From NCBI GenBank assembly GCA_963796965.1, contig CAWCNS010000011.1:1-64000 (forward strand): a stretch of DNA of 64,000 bases, given 5' to 3'. Origin of the DNA: Calditrichia bacterium. Lineage in GTDB: Bacteria; Calditrichota; Calditrichia; JAJRVZ01. How positions within the stretch are numbered: the first letter of the stretch is position 1; each line of letters starts with the position of its first letter. Below, in pieces: positions 44,629 through 56,538 of this stretch. Made by a program: the position numbers and the translations under genes. Below the pieces are notes generated by a model. It made no database searches, was not told where the DNA came from, and worked only from the letters and a program-made list of their open reading frames with translations.

Positions 44629-46771
44629 CTACTTCTTCTCTATACCCAATTTTTGCATCCTGTTTCTCAGGGTATTCGGATGCAAATCCAGTATTTTTGC
44701 CGCGCCCTGCTCGCCATTGATACGCCAATGACAATCATTCAGGATTCTTAAAATATAGCGCCTTTCCCACTCATCCAAACTTACAAATTCTTCATTATCA
44801 GATGTTATGTTCTGGTTGGTGGAAAGTTGAGTCGGGAAATCAACCAATTCCAGTTTTCCGCCTTTTGAACCGATCACGGCACTTTCAATGACATTTCTTA
44901 ATTCTCTTATATTTCCCGGCCAGGGATTATCAAGCAATTTATCCAGGGCATGTTTTGGTATCTTTTCAATTCGCCTACCAAGTTTCCGGCTAAATTTTTC
45001 AACAAACGATTCTAGTAGAAGAGGGATATCCTCTTTCCTTTTTCGTAGTGGGGGTATAGAAATGGGGTAGGCTGAAATGCGGTAATACAGATCCTCTCTG
45101 AATCTTCCGGACGCTACTTCATCCTTTAAAACGCGGTTTGTTGCGGTAATTACCCGGACATCAACGGTTATAGTTTCCTCACTCCCCAATCTCTCAAACT
45201 GGCCATCTTCCAAGACACGCAGTAGTTTAGGCTGTAATTCAAGAGGTAATTCACCGATCTCATCAAGAAATAAGGTACCGCTATTGGCAATTTCGAAACG
45301 GCCCTTTACGCTGTTTATGAGCACCGGTAAAGGCTCCTTTTTCATGTCCAAACAACTCACTCTCAATCAGATTTGCTGGTATAGCAGTACAATTTACTTT
45401 GACCAAGGGCCGGTTTTTCCGATCACTGGTATGATGCACAGCCCGGGCAAACAACTCCTTCCCCACACCGGTTTCCCCTTCAATCAAGACAATTGTATCC
45501 GTTAAGGCGACCTGTTCCACCCGTGTCAAAGCATACTTTAGGGCATCACTTTTTCCGATGATATCACGATGATTTTGATCAAGAATGATCTCTTCCTGCA
45601 AATAAATATTTTCATCGCGCAGCTGGTCTTTTAATTTTTCAATTTCTTCAAATGCTCTTGTTCTATCCGTCTCATCATTTCCTATAGCCAATGTTCCAAT
45701 GATACCATCTTCAGAATTCTGCAATTGGACATTTGACCAGGAGATTATGAGTTCTCTACCATCTTTTATTACCATGGCATTCTGATAATGAGGATGTAAC
45801 CCTTCTTCAAGGATTTCTTCAAATGTTTTTTTAATCGTATCTCTTACATTTTTTGGCAAGAATTGATCAAACCAGTATTTCCCTATTACCTCTTTTTTCT
45901 GATAACCAGAAAGTTTCAGAAAAAATGGGTTAACATAATTAACTTTCCCGGAACGATCTAAGCCAACGACTAGTAATTGAATGTTTTCTAATAATGTTCG
46001 CCAGCGTCGTTCATTCGCGATAACCTCTTTTGATAGATTGGCAGAGCGAATGACATCAAAACTTATCTCGAATCCTGCCGCCAACACAATGAACAAATAG
46101 GCAAATGCAATCAAATAAGGTGAAGAAATGTATCCAATATCCACTAAAGGCGTATGGATTCCGGCTGCTACGGTAAACAGTAAAATACTTCCACCAATCA
46201 GAATGGTACGTCTGCGCTCTCCAAGGCGCCACAATTTAATTGAAGCATCGACGACGAAGATCAAAAACAACAGACTCATTAAATCGGCCACATATGAGCC
46301 CGGATGGCGCTCTCCGACAAAACGATAAATGCTTTCTCCCCAGCGTAAATCGAATTTAATCAGGTCTACATAAGATGTATAAATCAGGCTATAGGGTGAT
46401 ATAAAATTTAGAAAAAGCAGAATACCCCAGATAGTTGTTATTACTATCCCCAACCAGCGCCGTGCTGTCTTGAAATGATAAATAATAAACCACACTAATC
46501 CTATAAAGATGAGGGAGACGCCCAATGTTGAAATCTTTAGAAGAAAAATGTGCTCTTCGATATCAGAGGCAAAATTCAATTGCAGATCAAAGATAGCATA
46601 GAATCCTGCGCCGAATGCAGCAAGTGAAAAAAATAGATTTGCCCGGATCTCCCTTTTCTGAATCCAGAGTGTGAGAGTGAATACTGAGATGGCAAAACAT
46701 ATGGCCGCGGCCATGGACCAGGCAACTGTCAGAATACTGATGGTTAACTCCCTATAAACACTGTCAATCAA
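44629..46771 (-). CDS. Sigma54-dependent activator with multi-TM sensor + PAS + AAA+ + HTH, frameshifted near 45290
   Basis: About 7 hydrophobic helices; PAS (YVNPFFLKLSGY); GETGVGKE, GAFTGA, LFLDEIGE, WPGNIRELRN; HTH. Confidence 0.9.
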
Positions 46772-46861
46772 TGAAGAGAATAAAACAGATGATTAAGGTA
46801 AAAAAAAAATATAATCGGGGCAAGGAAAAATGGTCGGATCGAGGGGTGGGATAGTTCTCAT

Positions 46862-47033
46862 GACCTCACCCCCGGCCCCTCTCCTAAAAGGAAAGGGGAG
46901 ATGTGATAGATCATCCTGCAGCTAGGTTTATAATCGCACTCGTAGGCAGATTTACATGTTGGCAGACATATTTTACTATTGGCTTGATGTACTTCCCCTC
47001 TCCTCTCAGGAGAGGGGATTGAGGGGTGAGGTC
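46862..47033. repeat. REPIN-like unit 1 (172 bp)
   Basis: Termini GACCTCACCCC / GGGGTGAGGTC, each with a CCCCTCTCCT-N3-AGGA(G/A)AGGGG hairpin. Confidence 0.9.
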
Positions 47034-47206
47034 CAAATTAATGTAAAATCTATGAACTCTCCTCTCGGTCAGAATTGATTCGAACTATGGGTACACCTTC
47101 AGTTATTTCCTGGAAAGAAAGACAGAATATATTTTCACAATTTTTACCAATCCACTATTACTTTCCCTAGTGAGAACAGAAATCTTTTCCTACAAGAATA
47201 TTCTGG

Positions 47207-47378
47207 GACCTCACCCCCGGCCCCTCTCCTAAAAGGAGAGGGGAGATGTGATAGATCATCCTGCAGCTAGGTTTATAATCGCACTCGTAGGCAGATTTAC
47301 ATGTTGGCAGACATATTTTACTATTAGCTTGGTCTACTTCCCCTCTCCTCTCAGGAGAGGGGATTGAGGGGTGAGGCC
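47207..47378. repeat. REPIN-like unit 2 (172 bp)
   Basis: Near-identical direct repeat of unit 1. Confidence 0.9.
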
Positions 47379-47487
47379 CAGTAAATCAGAAGAAACCTTT
47401 ATGCTCTACAATTTTAGGACCAATTTTTGCACTCAAATCCAATTATTCGTTAAATATTAATGAGAATTTTTAATATCTATTCAAACT

Positions 47488-47874
47488 ATGTTCAAAACCC
47501 ATAATATGATATTAGAACATGCAGCCAGGGATCTATGTAGGCGATTGAGAAAAACACAAACACGGGCAGAAACAATATTCTGGCAACACATAAGGAATCG
47601 GAGGTTTAGAGGATTAAAGTTCTACCGCCAATGTCCGATTTTTTATGAACTAAACTTTCATGAATCATTCTTCATTGCTGATTTTTTGTGTTTTGAAAAA
47701 AAATTGGTAATAGAAATCGATGGTAAAATACATGAGGTCCAATCTAGACAGGATGCTGAGAGATCAAGAATACTGAATGATTTAGGATTGAGAGTGATAA
47801 GAGTAAAAAACGAGGACATTGAAAAGGATGTGAAAATGGTCTTAAAGAAGCTGGCAAAGTATCTTGAAGAATAA
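47488..47874 (+). CDS. DUF559 (Vsr-like) endonuclease domain protein
   Basis: ARDLCRRLRKTQTRAE..W..IRNRRFRGLKFYRQ..FIADF....KLVIEIDGKIH...D..R...L..LGLRVIR. Confidence 0.9.
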   Translation: MFKTHNMILEHAARDLCRRLRKTQTRAETIFWQHIRNRRFRGLKFYRQCPIFYELNFHESFFIADFLCFEKKLVIEIDGKIHEVQSRQDAERSRILNDLGLRVIRVKNEDIEKDVKMVLKKLAKYLEE

Positions 47875-47916
47875 TTGAAGTAATTTATGCTGTGAGTGTA
47901 CTCCATATTATCTCAG

Positions 47917-48085
47917 GACCTCACCCCCGGCCCCTCTCCTGAAAGGCGAGGGGAGATGTGATAGATCCTGCAGCTTGGTTTGTAATCGCGCTCTTAGGCG
48001 GATTTACAAGTTGGAGGACATATTTTACTATTGGCTTGATGTACTTCCCCTCTCCTCTCAGGAGAGGGGATTGAGGGGTGAGGTC
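47917..48085. repeat. REPIN-like unit 3 (169 bp, more diverged); extra half-end at 48144-48160
   Basis: Same termini and hairpins, with substitutions and a 3-bp deletion in the core. Confidence 0.9.
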
Positions 48086-48166
48086 CCTTGTAACGTAAAA
48101 AATACAAGATTCCACTCCTTCCCTTCCCATCCATCGTGGGTACGATTGAGGGGTGAGGTCCTGAAT

Positions 48167-49345
48167 TCACCCAATCAACATATTAGCCACTTCAACTCCA
48201 AAACGGCTTGCTAGTAAAGTTAATATTCCGGAAATAAAAAAACTCAAAACAACAACAATTGAAATTTCAGCTGCCAAAATGGATCGTATGCGCTGTTTTG
48301 AGCCGCCAATTTTACGGATGGTTAATATTTCTCTCCGTCTTAGACGAATTGATAGGACAAAGACTAAAATGGCTGTCGCAATTGTAGCAATCCCAACACC
48401 GATCGTGGCAATTAATATATAATTTCGAACGGAGGCTACGGTTTTTAATAATTCATTTATTACGTGCAAGGGCACAAGAATCTGGACGGCATCGTCCCTT
48501 TCTTCATATCGACCGCGTAATATAATTTCTGATTTGCGGTCATGGGGCAGGACAATGATACCATCCAACGGAAACGCGTCCGTATTACCATGAAAATGAA
48601 AGGAATCAATGTTCTTATCTGTTATTTCTGTGTAGGACAGGACTGAAGCGTTGGCAACCACTTTCCCTTCCTCTCTTTTAAGCACACCACTTTCAGACTC
48701 GGGTTTTGTCATATCCATATGCCCATGGGCTAACCCGGCAATCACCCATGAGGTTTTAATATCCACAAAAATAGCCTGATCCTCAATTTCATCGGTAGGC
48801 TGAAGAATACCAACTATTTTCATCTTCAGGGGATAGGAGCCAGCCACATCGAAAGCACCAGCTGGGGTAGACAAAATGAATTCACCTGTTTTTAACCCAA
48901 GAGATTTGGCGACTGAGGACCCGAGTACACATTCGCCCATCAGACTAAAGAGCCGTCCTTCCTGTAAAGATAATTTGCGGTACTCTAAGTAATCCAGGTT
49001 TGTTCCCAGAATACAAAATCCGGCAGCCTGGTACTGCAAATTAATGGGTATACCCAATGCCAACCCACTTTCATTAACAACAGATAATTCACGATAATTT
49101 AGCTGATCAAGAACAGGTTGTTTGAAATACAGCGTTGTCAGAGTGAGATCCACCTCACTGCCCTTGGCTCCTACTAATAAGGGTGTAGATGCTGCCCGCT
49201 CGGTTAGCATATCTGATCCCTGATCAATCACAATTTGCAAACCCAGGGGAAGAAAAATGATGATACTGATCGAAGCGATCAGCACCGTCGTCTTGATCCA
49301 ATTGTGTTGAATATATTTCCAGGCAAGATAGAGGGTGTCGGTCAT
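48167..49345 (-). CDS. ABC transporter permease (FtsX-like)
   Basis: PLLVGAKGSEVDLTL; LSIRLRRREILTIRKIGG. Confidence 0.85.
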   Translation of the reverse strand: MTDTLYLAWKYIQHNWIKTTVLIASISIIIFLPLGLQIVIDQGSDMLTERAASTPLLVGAKGSEVDLTLTTLYFKQPVLDQLNYRELSVVNESGLALGIPINLQYQAAGFCILGTNLDYLEYRKLSLQEGRLFSLMGECVLGSSVAKSLGLKTGEFILSTPAGAFDVAGSYPLKMKIVGILQPTDEIEDQAIFVDIKTSWVIAGLAHGHMDMTKPESESGVLKREEGKVVANASVLSYTEITDKNIDSFHFHGNTDAFPLDGIIVLPHDRKSEIILRGRYEERDDAVQILVPLHVINELLKTVASVRNYILIATIGVGIATIATAILVFVLSIRLRRREILTIRKIGGSKQRIRSILAAEISIVVVLSFFISGILTLLASRFGVEVANMLIG

Positions 49346-49428
49346 CTATGGTTCACCTTTGAATTATCATTGTACGACACATGATGCGGGATGCGGGATA
49401 CGTGATCCTGATCGTAAAACATATATGT

Positions 49429-49833
49429 TTAATTAGATTCATAATCTTCCATTGGTTCTTTTATTGACTGATGGCAAGTTTTTACAGATTGGATAAAACG
49501 GTTTAATTTTCCGCCAAGATTATTTAGGTTTGCACAGAGATCTCGATACAATTTTTCGTCCTTTAACGATCCCGTTTCATAGAGAATGTCAAGATGATCA
49601 ATTGTCTCGTCACAAGATGAATGAGCATAGACAAGAAATTTTATAAATTCGTTCTTATAATAACGTCTCCCATACCCCTCAACAATGTTTGATCGTATTG
49701 ATTTTGCAGATCTCCTTATTTGTGCACCTTCTTCATACATCTCAAATTTTGGTAATTTTTCTATGCTCATCTTATGAATATCCGTGCTAACAGTTTTCGC
49801 AATCTGCCAAATTTCAAGTTTCTTGTAACTCAT
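49429..49833 (-). CDS. Four helix bundle protein (23S rRNA IVS protein / Avd-like family), paralog 2
   Basis: [10 protein letters not shown]...[30 protein letters not shown]...EFIKFL.YA.SSCDET. Confidence 0.9.
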   Translation of the reverse strand: MSYKKLEIWQIAKTVSTDIHKMSIEKLPKFEMYEEGAQIRRSAKSIRSNIVEGYGRRYYKNEFIKFLVYAHSSCDETIDHLDILYETGSLKDEKLYRDLCANLNNLGGKLNRFIQSVKTCHQSIKEPMEDYESN

Positions 49834-49912
49834 AAAATATTTCTCCCCTTTCTGAAGCAAAATAGGACAAATATCATGCCAAATAGAGTAACACTTCCCT
49901 AAACCCAAATCA

Positions 49913-50602
49913 TTATCTCATATCCCGCATCTCGTATCTTGTATCTTGTATCCAACATCCCGTCACATCCACCACCCTATCAAACCTCTTGATCAAATCA
50001 TGATCATGTGTTACAATAACAATGGGCACCTTGTTAGTATCGGAGTACTTAAAAAGAATATCCATGATATGATCACGATTTTTAGGATCTAAATTTCCAG
50101 TTGGTTCGTCTCCCATGATAACGGAGGGTTCTGTTACCAGAGCCCTGCACACAGCCACCCGTTGACGCTCACCTTGAGATAAATGGTCTGGCTTGCGATT
50201 AACTTTGTCCGCCAATCCCACATCTCCGGCCAGTCGCTTTGCCCGGCTTATTGTATCGTCCGTTATCTCCATTACAGATGTTATTCGATAAGGAAGCAAG
50301 ATATTATCAAGGACCGTCAGATAATCAAGTAATTCAAATTCCTGAAAGACTAAACCAACACGCACAATCCGGAAATCCTGCAAATCCTCTCTACTGTAAT
50401 CGGTCAACTTAATATTCCCGATCTGAATTTCACCGCTTTGTGGTTTAAATATGCCAGAAAGAAGGTTCAAAAGGGTGGTCTTTCCCGTTCCACTTGGACC
50501 GATAATAGCAATTTTCTCGCCCTCTTTAATCTTTAGGGTTGAAATTGATATATCGAAGGAATTATCAGGATAAGAAAAATTCAATTTGTCTATATTGATC
50601 AT
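49913..50602 (-). CDS. ABC transporter ATP-binding protein (LolD-like)
   Basis: [29 protein letters not shown]. Confidence 0.95.
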   Translation of the reverse strand: MINIDKLNFSYPDNSFDISISTLKIKEGEKIAIIGPSGTGKTTLLNLLSGIFKPQSGEIQIGNIKLTDYSREDLQDFRIVRVGLVFQEFELLDYLTVLDNILLPYRITSVMEITDDTISRAKRLAGDVGLADKVNRKPDHLSQGERQRVAVCRALVTEPSVIMGDEPTGNLDPKNRDHIMDILFKYSDTNKVPIVIVTHDHDLIKRFDRVVDVTGCWIQDTRYEMRDMR

Positions 50603-52764
50603 CCGCTGCTCCAGGGAATCACTTCCCGATCTTCGCTCTTCAATTCAATAGTTGATATCTTCCAATTCTCATCCTCAATCTTTATTTTAAGGATTCCCGT
50701 ATAGATATTTTGTCGGTGATGAATATGTTGCAAATGGCGAACACGGGCAATAACAGCCCACTTTCCTTCATATGTATAGCCATCAATGGCATTAGTACCA
50801 TCAATTTTATCACCGACAGAAAGTACTTTTACATCACGAACCGTCACTTCACCCCCCTGTCTTACACCAGCTGTCAAACGTCGCCGACTATCTATATAAA
50901 TATCGGTCACTAAATCGCCGCTTATATTTTGGGCGAGACGCTTATAAAGTTCCTCCTCATCGTCTATATTAAAGGCAAAATAAGTATTTGATAATACCTG
51001 TTGTATAACGCGTTTTGCTTCGGCTGCTTCCGGGGCGTGGGCCTTAAAAAACGGATTTTTAAATGTAAGGGTGCCATATGGAATTATGAAGAATACCAAC
51101 ATCAATAAAATCCAATGTATTAGGGATTTATTAGGATTCAAATTCATATCTTTATGGATTTTTTTTTGTTTTGGCCAATAGGTATAGATGATTAACAATA
51201 CCACTAGTGATAAAACCGGAATTTGGATTAATCCCATGGAAAACTGCATGGCAACATCCTGACGAAGCCAGGTTTGATATTCCATGATACGCCATACCAG
51301 AATCAGGAAAATCACTCCTATACCGATTAATCTTGGACTTAAGATCGATCTATTGATCCGCTTTTGTTTATAAATAGCAATACTTATATAAATGATGAAT
51401 AAACTAAGTACAGTTATACTGACCGTATTTGCCAGAGGTAAGGTTAAATTTTCTTGTATATAGGTGCCATTAATCCAACCGAATAGAATTGCTGCTATCA
51501 TGGTTACAAGTAAATTCAAGAGATTTGGTAACTCTCTATAAGAGAATAATTGCATGGCAATCAATAGCAAGGAAATTGAAAATAAAAGTGATCCCAGAGG
51601 CAAGGCGATACTATAATAGCCACCGATAGAGCCAATAACCAGAAGACTGCCTAAAATTATGATAAAGTTTACCTGATGATTATATTTCTTATACCAAATC
51701 CACACGCCAAAAATAATTGGCAATGATAAGATTCCCGGAATTAAATCTGGAATAACATCCGGCAATAATAGGATACCAGTCAAATTATAGAGCAGGAAAC
51801 CGGTGGCAAGAACACCAGCAATATAACCAAGCATCATTTCGACCGGCCTGTCAATCTTATCCGAAATAAAAAGTTGGAAAACCTGCCTAAACTCAAAGAG
51901 GAAAAAGTATGCGATTACCAGGCCAACACCAACGCCCAGACTAATACCCACTAGTGATAATAATTGTTCAAAATTAGAGAATCCATCCACAACCAGAGAG
52001 ATGGATTTAAATCCACCATAAAGAATACCCAAAAAAGCTGCAAATCCCCATATATAATTAAATGAATCTGATGATGCACTACCGGATCGGGCCAGGGGAA
52101 ACGTATAAACCAAAACAAAAACCAGGACAATGATATTAATCAGATCTGGTGAGAGGATAAAAAAGTTTTGGTGAGTAAGGATCTGCCCTATCAGATGCAT
52201 AAAAATATAAGTCAAACCAGCCGTGCAGAGGTTAATTCCTGACAAACTGTGGGCAACGAGAAGAAGAAATAAAATGAAAATTATTGGTTGCCTTAACAAA
52301 TGCTGCAATCCTTTAAATCCAGATAGCAGCCAAATATCGACAAATGTAGGAGGCTCAGGTATATCATACCTTGCTTTTCCCGGTTTAAGGGTCGTGGTAT
52401 ATTTTCGTCCCTCAAGAGTCTCGATACTAAGCATCACTTCAATCAAAGTACCTGTAAGGCCTTCGATGATAATTGCTTTACCAAAAAGATGCTCAGGTTG
52501 GCATTTTATTCTCCAAGACTCTCGAGAAGAAGTATAATCTGTAGAAATAGTCTTTTCGTTAAGATTGGTACAAACGGTTGGCAGAACCGCATCAGATTTG
52601 AGGCGTTGACCATTAATCAGGGGAAGTATAAAATTGACTTCGAATTCAGTCGGGGATACCTCTCTCAGTTCCAACCGGGCGGGGAATATCACATCTGCTG
52701 TCAGGGAGTTGAAAGAAATAAATATCAATGTTATAAGAATAAACACCCGGGGCAGATATATCAT
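50599..52764 (-). CDS. HupE/UreJ-like multi-TM protein with soluble N- and C-terminal domains
   Basis: PARLELRE N-domain, GLQHLL, FLGILYG, many TM helices; C-terminal HLQHIHHRQNIY. Confidence 0.6.
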   Translation of the reverse strand: MIYLPRVFILITLIFISFNSLTADVIFPARLELREVSPTEFEVNFILPLINGQRLKSDAVLPTVCTNLNEKTISTDYTSSRESWRIKCQPEHLFGKAIIIEGLTGTLIEVMLSIETLEGRKYTTTLKPGKARYDIPEPPTFVDIWLLSGFKGLQHLLRQPIIFILFLLLVAHSLSGINLCTAGLTYIFMHLIGQILTHQNFFILSPDLINIIVLVFVLVYTFPLARSGSASSDSFNYIWGFAAFLGILYGGFKSISLVVDGFSNFEQLLSLVGISLGVGVGLVIAYFFLFEFRQVFQLFISDKIDRPVEMMLGYIAGVLATGFLLYNLTGILLLPDVIPDLIPGILSLPIIFGVWIWYKKYNHQVNFIIILGSLLVIGSIGGYYSIALPLGSLLFSISLLLIAMQLFSYRELPNLLNLLVTMIAAILFGWINGTYIQENLTLPLANTVSITVLSLFIIYISIAIYKQKRINRSILSPRLIGIGVIFLILVWRIMEYQTWLRQDVAMQFSMGLIQIPVLSLVVLLIIYTYWPKQKKIHKDMNLNPNKSLIHWILLMLVFFIIPYGTLTFKNPFFKAHAPEAAEAKRVIQQVLSNTYFAFNIDDEEELYKRLAQNISGDLVTDIYIDSRRRLTAGVRQGGEVTVRDVKVLSVGDKIDGTNAIDGYTYEGKWAVIARVRHLQHIHHRQNIYTGILKIKIEDENWKISTIELKSEDREVIPWSSG

Positions 52765-53639
52765 TCTTGCACACCTGAATTGAGTAATTCTTCTGCCTGC
52801 CCCCGGTGGACAACTTTATATTTGCGTAAGATCTCTGTATAAAACTGCTCTTTGGCAGCTCTCCGCTCTTCCCGTAACAGATCATTAATAATTCTGATTC
52901 GAATATCCGTCCAATCCGGAACAATAGATTCTGTACGATTATAAATATAAACGGCATGTAAGCCATAGCCAGATTGAACGGGACCGACCCATTTTTCCTT
53001 TTCCTGGGCGATAAGAGAGGTCGCAAACTCATTACCAAACAGCGATCTGACTTCCTGTTCTGTTATATCTGCATACTGATTTTGCAACATAAAACGATCA
53101 CCATACTCTGACAATTTTATAAAGTCCGGTTTATCACGTTCAATCCTTTCAATAACCTGCTTTATAAACGCCTCACTCTTCTGTCCTCTCTCGTCAGTAT
53201 TTACATATATATGTACAAAACTTATCCTGGAAGGCGTACGATATTTATCTTTGCGTAAAGAATAATAGGCCCTGATTTCATCATCGGTAAAGTCTTTTGC
53301 CTGGACCTGACCTTCCGCAATAAAATCCATTTTTCGGACAAGACTACGTTTAATGATCTGATCGTTTTCATCATATCCACGGTTCAGGGCTTCACGGTAG
53401 AGTACTTCTTCGCGGATATAGTTTTTTAATCCAGTTTGTAATTCCTGACGTGTCGGTTGTCTTTGCCAGACGCGAGCCCAGGAATCCCGGACCTGTTCAA
53501 GATCGCTATCTGTTACAATAATACGGGATATATTTTCTGCCGCCCCGGGAGGGCCAAGAAGAATTAAAAGGATAATAAATAGAAGAAAACCGAACAGAAG
53601 TATATGAATATATGGATTGTCTTTAAAGTTAAATTTCAT
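52761..53639 (-). CDS. PpiC-type peptidyl-prolyl isomerase family protein
   Basis: IREEVLYREA..GYDENDQIIKRSL, SFVHIY, WVGPVQSGYGLH. Confidence 0.85.
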   Translation of the reverse strand: MKFNFKDNPYIHILLFGFLLFIILLILLGPPGAAENISRIIVTDSDLEQVRDSWARVWQRQPTRQELQTGLKNYIREEVLYREALNRGYDENDQIIKRSLVRKMDFIAEGQVQAKDFTDDEIRAYYSLRKDKYRTPSRISFVHIYVNTDERGQKSEAFIKQVIERIERDKPDFIKLSEYGDRFMLQNQYADITEQEVRSLFGNEFATSLIAQEKEKWVGPVQSGYGLHAVYIYNRTESIVPDWTDIRIRIINDLLREERRAAKEQFYTEILRKYKVVHRGQAEELLNSGVQE

Positions 53640-53711
53640 AATGATAGTGATCCATCCGTATAATCAACCCGTTTAATAAAACATATACTATTATATAAAA
53701 TTCATCGGGAA

Positions 53712-55688
53712 TCAGATTCCAAAGTGTTTAAATAACGCTTCAGCCTTTAATTCAACGGTGCGTGATTCGTCCTGCAATTCCTCTATAAATGGATTGGTCT
53801 CCAGCTCCCCTCTTACGGTAATAAAATCTTTTATTTTATCTTCGGGAGATCCATCCAGACCATAACCGATGGAGCTCGATGTATCAAATTCTTTTCCGGC
53901 ATCGTTCATTATCATATTATTTAATTTGATAGTATTGACTTTCCAGTCTTCAATGATCTGCGTAAATTGATCTTTACTTAGTTTCAAGAATGGTGTCTCG
54001 AATTGCTTTTCAATAAGGGAGGCACACCACCCCCAGGATTCCATAAAATAATTTTTGTGGATAGTAATCAGAGATTGGTGAAAGTCATTCAATTCCTTAA
54101 TATTGTTAGACTTTAACGCTTGAAGTAAATTCGCCTTTGATTTGGATGAAACAAACATCCCGGACCAATCATACCAGTCATCTAAATTAACTTTGTCCGG
54201 TTCAATTTTAACTTTTAATTCCTCCAAATCATGAACTGATGGGTGGGCATCAATCTGCCGTATTACTTCTGTACCCATATATATTTTAATAGCCATCTCA
54301 TAATACTTTACGGCCCGCTTAAGAATTAGACGCTTTAAGTGTACACCCTTATGTATCACAAATTCCACTTCACGCGAAGTATTTTCATACAACCGGCGTA
54401 ACGTTTCTATTCCTTTTAATATTCTTCCGATAACAAAAGGATTAAACAAGTCGAAGTGGATCATATCAAACTTTTCCGGATCACGCCGTTTATCCCTCTT
54501 AGGCCATTTTGAGCTGTCTCTCTTCGTACCAACCGTGAACAAGTTCATGGCTGGCATTAAAACACTTTTACCCTCCTCTTCTGTCACATACGAAAATGGA
54601 AATTCAGAGATATTAAAATTGGTGTAATGTTTTCCTATAACAGCCGTATAAGCACCAATGTGGGAAGGCCATAACATGTAGGAGAATGAACCGGTTTTGG
54701 CTCCCCGATCCAAGATACCCTGGTGCAAGGGGCCAAGTTTATACATGTGATTACTTTGATTTGTGCCACTGCCGGCATTAAAAAATGAAAACAGACCGGC
54801 AATTAATAACGTAGATCTATGGTGCGTCACCGTATAAGGTCCGGCAAAAACACTGCAGGCTTCACTATGGAATGCCTCAGAATTGCAAAAAAAGGCAGAA
54901 TTTTCGGCAGAGAATTGCTTTCCGATACTAACGGCCTGACCAACAAAACAATGGGTCAGCAAAGCCCCTTCATCAATAGAAGAACCCGACTGAACAATGA
55001 AATGTTTGGCGACAACCCCTTCACCTATTTTAACAGTTGCTTTGTCATTACTGAGAATCGAACCCTCTTCAAGTCTTATAACATCCTGAATAGTTGCATG
55101 TGATCCAAAGGTAACATTTTTTATAGTACCACAATTACGAATTCGGGTGTTCCGACCTATGGTACCCTGACTATTTCTTTTCTTTGTCACGTAGCGTTCT
55201 ATCAACTGTTCAAGTGATTTAATGAGATCATCCTCATAGCGGTAATTGACTATAAGATAGGCTAGCTGTGCACTTAAAGTGTCAAATATGGGCAGTTCCC
55301 TGCCGCCACCCTCATTTAGTATTTCTATTCGTGTACCATTTCCAAAAGACGTCTCACCTGTCACAGCAAGTGATTCTATACTTTCAAGACAAACACCTTC
55401 TTCAATGGTATAATTTTGTACGTAGCCAACATTTGCGATACGAACATTATTCTGTATTGAGACATTATTGAGGAAACAGTTATAGAGCCCGCAAGGTTTA
55501 AGAACACCTTCTTCCACTTCACAATAATCTTCAAAAATACCTAAGTTAATGATTCCAGAAAAATGAACATTTATAATCTTTTCAGCGACAAATTTTTCTG
55601 GAACACGTATGGATTGCCAATTATCAGATTTACATCCATTCTTAACCAGCGACTCAATTTCCAACTCATTTAAATTTCGATCTGACAT
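53712..55688 (-). CDS. DUF4954 family protein
   Basis: [58 protein letters not shown]. Confidence 0.85.
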   Translation of the reverse strand: MSDRNLNELEIESLVKNGCKSDNWQSIRVPEKFVAEKIINVHFSGIINLGIFEDYCEVEEGVLKPCGLYNCFLNNVSIQNNVRIANVGYVQNYTIEEGVCLESIESLAVTGETSFGNGTRIEILNEGGGRELPIFDTLSAQLAYLIVNYRYEDDLIKSLEQLIERYVTKKRNSQGTIGRNTRIRNCGTIKNVTFGSHATIQDVIRLEEGSILSNDKATVKIGEGVVAKHFIVQSGSSIDEGALLTHCFVGQAVSIGKQFSAENSAFFCNSEAFHSEACSVFAGPYTVTHHRSTLLIAGLFSFFNAGSGTNQSNHMYKLGPLHQGILDRGAKTGSFSYMLWPSHIGAYTAVIGKHYTNFNISEFPFSYVTEEEGKSVLMPAMNLFTVGTKRDSSKWPKRDKRRDPEKFDMIHFDLFNPFVIGRILKGIETLRRLYENTSREVEFVIHKGVHLKRLILKRAVKYYEMAIKIYMGTEVIRQIDAHPSVHDLEELKVKIEPDKVNLDDWYDWSGMFVSSKSKANLLQALKSNNIKELNDFHQSLITIHKNYFMESWGWCASLIEKQFETPFLKLSKDQFTQIIEDWKVNTIKLNNMIMNDAGKEFDTSSSIGYGLDGSPEDKIKDFITVRGELETNPFIEELQDESRTVELKAEALFKHFGI

Positions 55689-56511
55689 CCCGATACCTCA
55701 TTAGAGCCTTGGGTAAATTATTTAAGCTTTCACTCTCAATATCTTTAAAATACTTCACCGTCCCAACTTTTAATTCCATGGTGGAAGATTCATCACAACA
55801 GATCATACCCTTTTTGTGTAACTGAAGCATAGATACCGTCCACATATGGTTAACACCCTCTTCTACAACTTTTTGCAGAGCCCGGGCTTTGCTATAATCG
55901 CTAATGATGATGAGTAATTTTCGGGCATCCATCACCGTTCCAACCCCAACTGTGAGGGCTGTTTTTGGCACTTTATTGATATCATTATCGAAAAAACGGG
56001 AGTTTGCGACGATGGTATCATAGGTGAGGGTTTTGATTCGTGTACGTGATGAAAGTGACGAACCGGGTTCATTAAAGGCAATATGACCATCCGGACCAAT
56101 ACCACCTAAGAACAGATCGATGCCACCCACCTTTTTTATTTTTTCTTCGAATTCCTCGCATTCCTTCTCAAGATCTTCTGCATTACCATTAAGTATATTA
56201 ACATTCTCCTCGGGGATATCGACATGACTGAAGAGATTACTCCACATAAAATAGTGATAACTTTCGGGATGATCATCCGGGATACCGACATATTCATCCA
56301 TATTAAATGTAATCACATTTTGAAAAGAAACCTGACCTGTCTTATAGATCTGTACGAGTTCACGATAAGTTCCGATAGGTGAAGAACCTGTGGGCAATCC
56401 TATAACAAATGGTTTTTCTGCTGTCGGATTTGCTTTATTTATTTGTGATGCTACATAGTGGGCTACCCATTTGCTAAGTACCTGGTAGTTTTCATGAATT
56501 AAAATACGCAT
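55666..56511 (-). CDS. nagB: Glucosamine-6-phosphate deaminase
   Basis: [40 protein letters not shown]. Confidence 0.97.
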   Translation of the reverse strand: MRILIHENYQVLSKWVAHYVASQINKANPTAEKPFVIGLPTGSSPIGTYRELVQIYKTGQVSFQNVITFNMDEYVGIPDDHPESYHYFMWSNLFSHVDIPEENVNILNGNAEDLEKECEEFEEKIKKVGGIDLFLGGIGPDGHIAFNEPGSSLSSRTRIKTLTYDTIVANSRFFDNDINKVPKTALTVGVGTVMDARKLLIIISDYSKARALQKVVEEGVNHMWTVSMLQLHKKGMICCDESSTMELKVGTVKYFKDIESESLNNLPKALMRYRDVRSKFK

Positions 56512-56538
56512 AACCTTACTCCTCTTCTTGAATTTTAT

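Noticed and set aside
46862..48160. CRISPR array
   Set aside because: Repeats are about 170 bp with irregular spacing, and no cas genes are present.
36375..49833. 23S rRNA gene with intervening sequence
   Set aside because: No rRNA sequence flanks either four-helix-bundle gene.
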